Both the position numbers and the translations under genes were made by a program. A DNA stretch of 36,879 nt from a virus (Duplodnaviria > Caudoviricetes). The notes under the pieces are model-generated. The model was not told the origin of the DNA, did no database searches, and saw nothing but the letters and a program-made list of their open reading frames with translations. This document shows, piece after piece, positions 36,006-36,879 of this stretch. Where the stretch lies: positions 1 to 36,879 of IMG/VR virus record IMGVR_UViG_3300028400_000018; one strand, written 5' to 3'. Within the stretch, counting starts at the first letter, position 1, and each line of letters starts with the position of its first letter.

Positions 36006-36023
36006 CCGGCCACGGACGGCCGG
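36006..36023 (+). promoter_or_regulatory. ANGGA-loop hairpin, copy 5
   Basis: CCGGCC-ACGGAC-GGCCGG. Confidence 0.55.
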
Positions 36024-36029
36024 CCACAA

Positions 36030-36390
36030 CCCCCGTGCGCGCACATAGCCAGCAAGGGGGTGTGCATGGCGTACGGTGTGCGGCATGGCGTCCGGGTCCG
36101 CCGTCCTCGGATACCTACCTACCTATCCTACCCCACCTTTTTCTTCTCTCTCTCTCAGGAGAGAGAAGTATGCACACCCCGCACACCCCGACATGTGCCG
36201 GACGACGGGGCCTCGGACGTGCGTATCTCCTTGCGTGTGCATGGTGTCCGACCCCGCACACGTGCAGTGCTCGAAGACCTCCCCTAGGGGGGTGGGGTCT
36301 AGAAAAGGTAACGGGGGGGTCTTCTGGCCATGTTGCGTCGCCCCGCACACGCCAAAAGTATCGACCCCGATCGGAGAGCGGGAGGAACAA
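36030..36390. other. Non-coding iteron-like region; candidate replication origin
   Basis: GTGTGC/GCACAC repeats in both orientations, CCCCGCACAC x3, TACC tandem tract, CT/AG hairpin. Confidence 0.45.
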
Positions 36391-36402
36391 GAGGAACAGG
36401 GG

Positions 36403-36432
36403 TTGACACACCCCCCGCCAGTATGGTACCAT
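36403..36432 (+). promoter_or_regulatory. Early sigma70 promoter
   Basis: TTGACA-18-TACCAT; AACAGGGGTTGACA shared with promoter at 523. Confidence 0.75.
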
Positions 36433-36460
36433 ACCCGTATGCCCACACAGAGGAGAAACC

Positions 36461-36709
36461 ATGACAAACAAAGCTATCGCCATCCCGGTGTCCAAGGTCC
36501 ACAATGTGGAGACACCAACAAAGTTCACAAAGTACAGAGAGGAAACGACTTACTTGGAACGCTACGCATCTCTTGCTGCTCAGGTCGGACTTCATCGCGC
36601 TGAATGGATGCGTTCCATTCTGCATGCGGTGGCTGATGCCCTTGAGGCGGGAGAAATCCAGCAAGCAACCGACGGTATTTCTTTGCTATTCAAGAAGGAG
36701 CAACCATGA
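36461..36709 (+). CDS. Early hypothetical protein
   Basis: RBS CACACAGAGGAG; 82 aa. Confidence 0.75.
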   Translation: MTNKAIAIPVSKVHNVETPTKFTKYREETTYLERYASLAAQVGLHRAEWMRSILHAVADALEAGEIQQATDGISLLFKKEQP

Positions 36710-36861
36710 TCGACTATCTTTACCACGCTTGGCGCAAGACTCGTGAACCCGGCTGGATGCGCGACCCGGTGGTGCCGACTTATCCCCCCACCACCCCCCT
36801 GCGGTCCGCCATCATTTTCTTTTTGCTGTTCATCGCCCCGATTATCGTGGGCTTACTTTTA
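36706..36861 (+). CDS. Small membrane protein running into the terminal repeat (51 aa; stop at 126-128 in left copy)
   Basis: MIDYLYHAWRK...AIIFFLLFIAPIIVGLL; RBS AAGGAG; stop lost only in the right copy by the G>T mismatch. Confidence 0.65.
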
Positions 36862-36879
36862 CCACACGCCACACACCCC
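36734..36879. repeat. Terminal direct repeat, right copy
   Basis: Matches 1-146. Confidence 0.95.

Noticed and set aside
35978-36603. Several overlapping ORFs in the iteron-like region
   Set aside because: No good RBS, repeat-derived translations, and mutual overlap
36734-36879. Biological terminal repeat with variant bases
   Set aside because: Lies within a gene; mismatches cluster at the contig end and destroy a stop codon, consistent with read-end error in an assembly overlap

Overview
The window is an apparently complete ~36.7 kb dsDNA podophage genome. Bases 1-146 recur at 36734-36879, giving a 36,733 bp circular unit. The + strand carries early genes (34940-36879, 1-4291) and a replication/nucleotide module (4281-14186): SNF2-like helicase, two SSB-like proteins, a family A polymerase with DpoZ signature residues, a primase-polymerase/SF3 helicase, and the 2-aminoadenine (Z-genome) triad purZ, MazG-like mazZ and datZ. 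The - strand carries a T7-like virion module (terminases, portal, scaffold, capsid, tail tubes A/B, four internal virion proteins) and lysis genes. I see no phage RNA polymerase, integrase or recognisable tail fibre. Transcription appears to rely on at least 8 near-consensus sigma70 promoters. The most unusual signals are in the regulatory sequence. (i) Eight early/middle genes share an extended RBS, ACACAGGAG, and both UTRs of the capsid transcript carry its reverse complement, the 5' copy in a hairpin loop; this suggests an antisense early-to-late switch. (ii) Five GCC-ANGGAY-GGC (CsrA/RsmA-type) hairpins follow stop codons. (iii) GATC-rich elements precede the three TTGACG promoters. All protein calls come from motif recognition by eye; no database searches were run.
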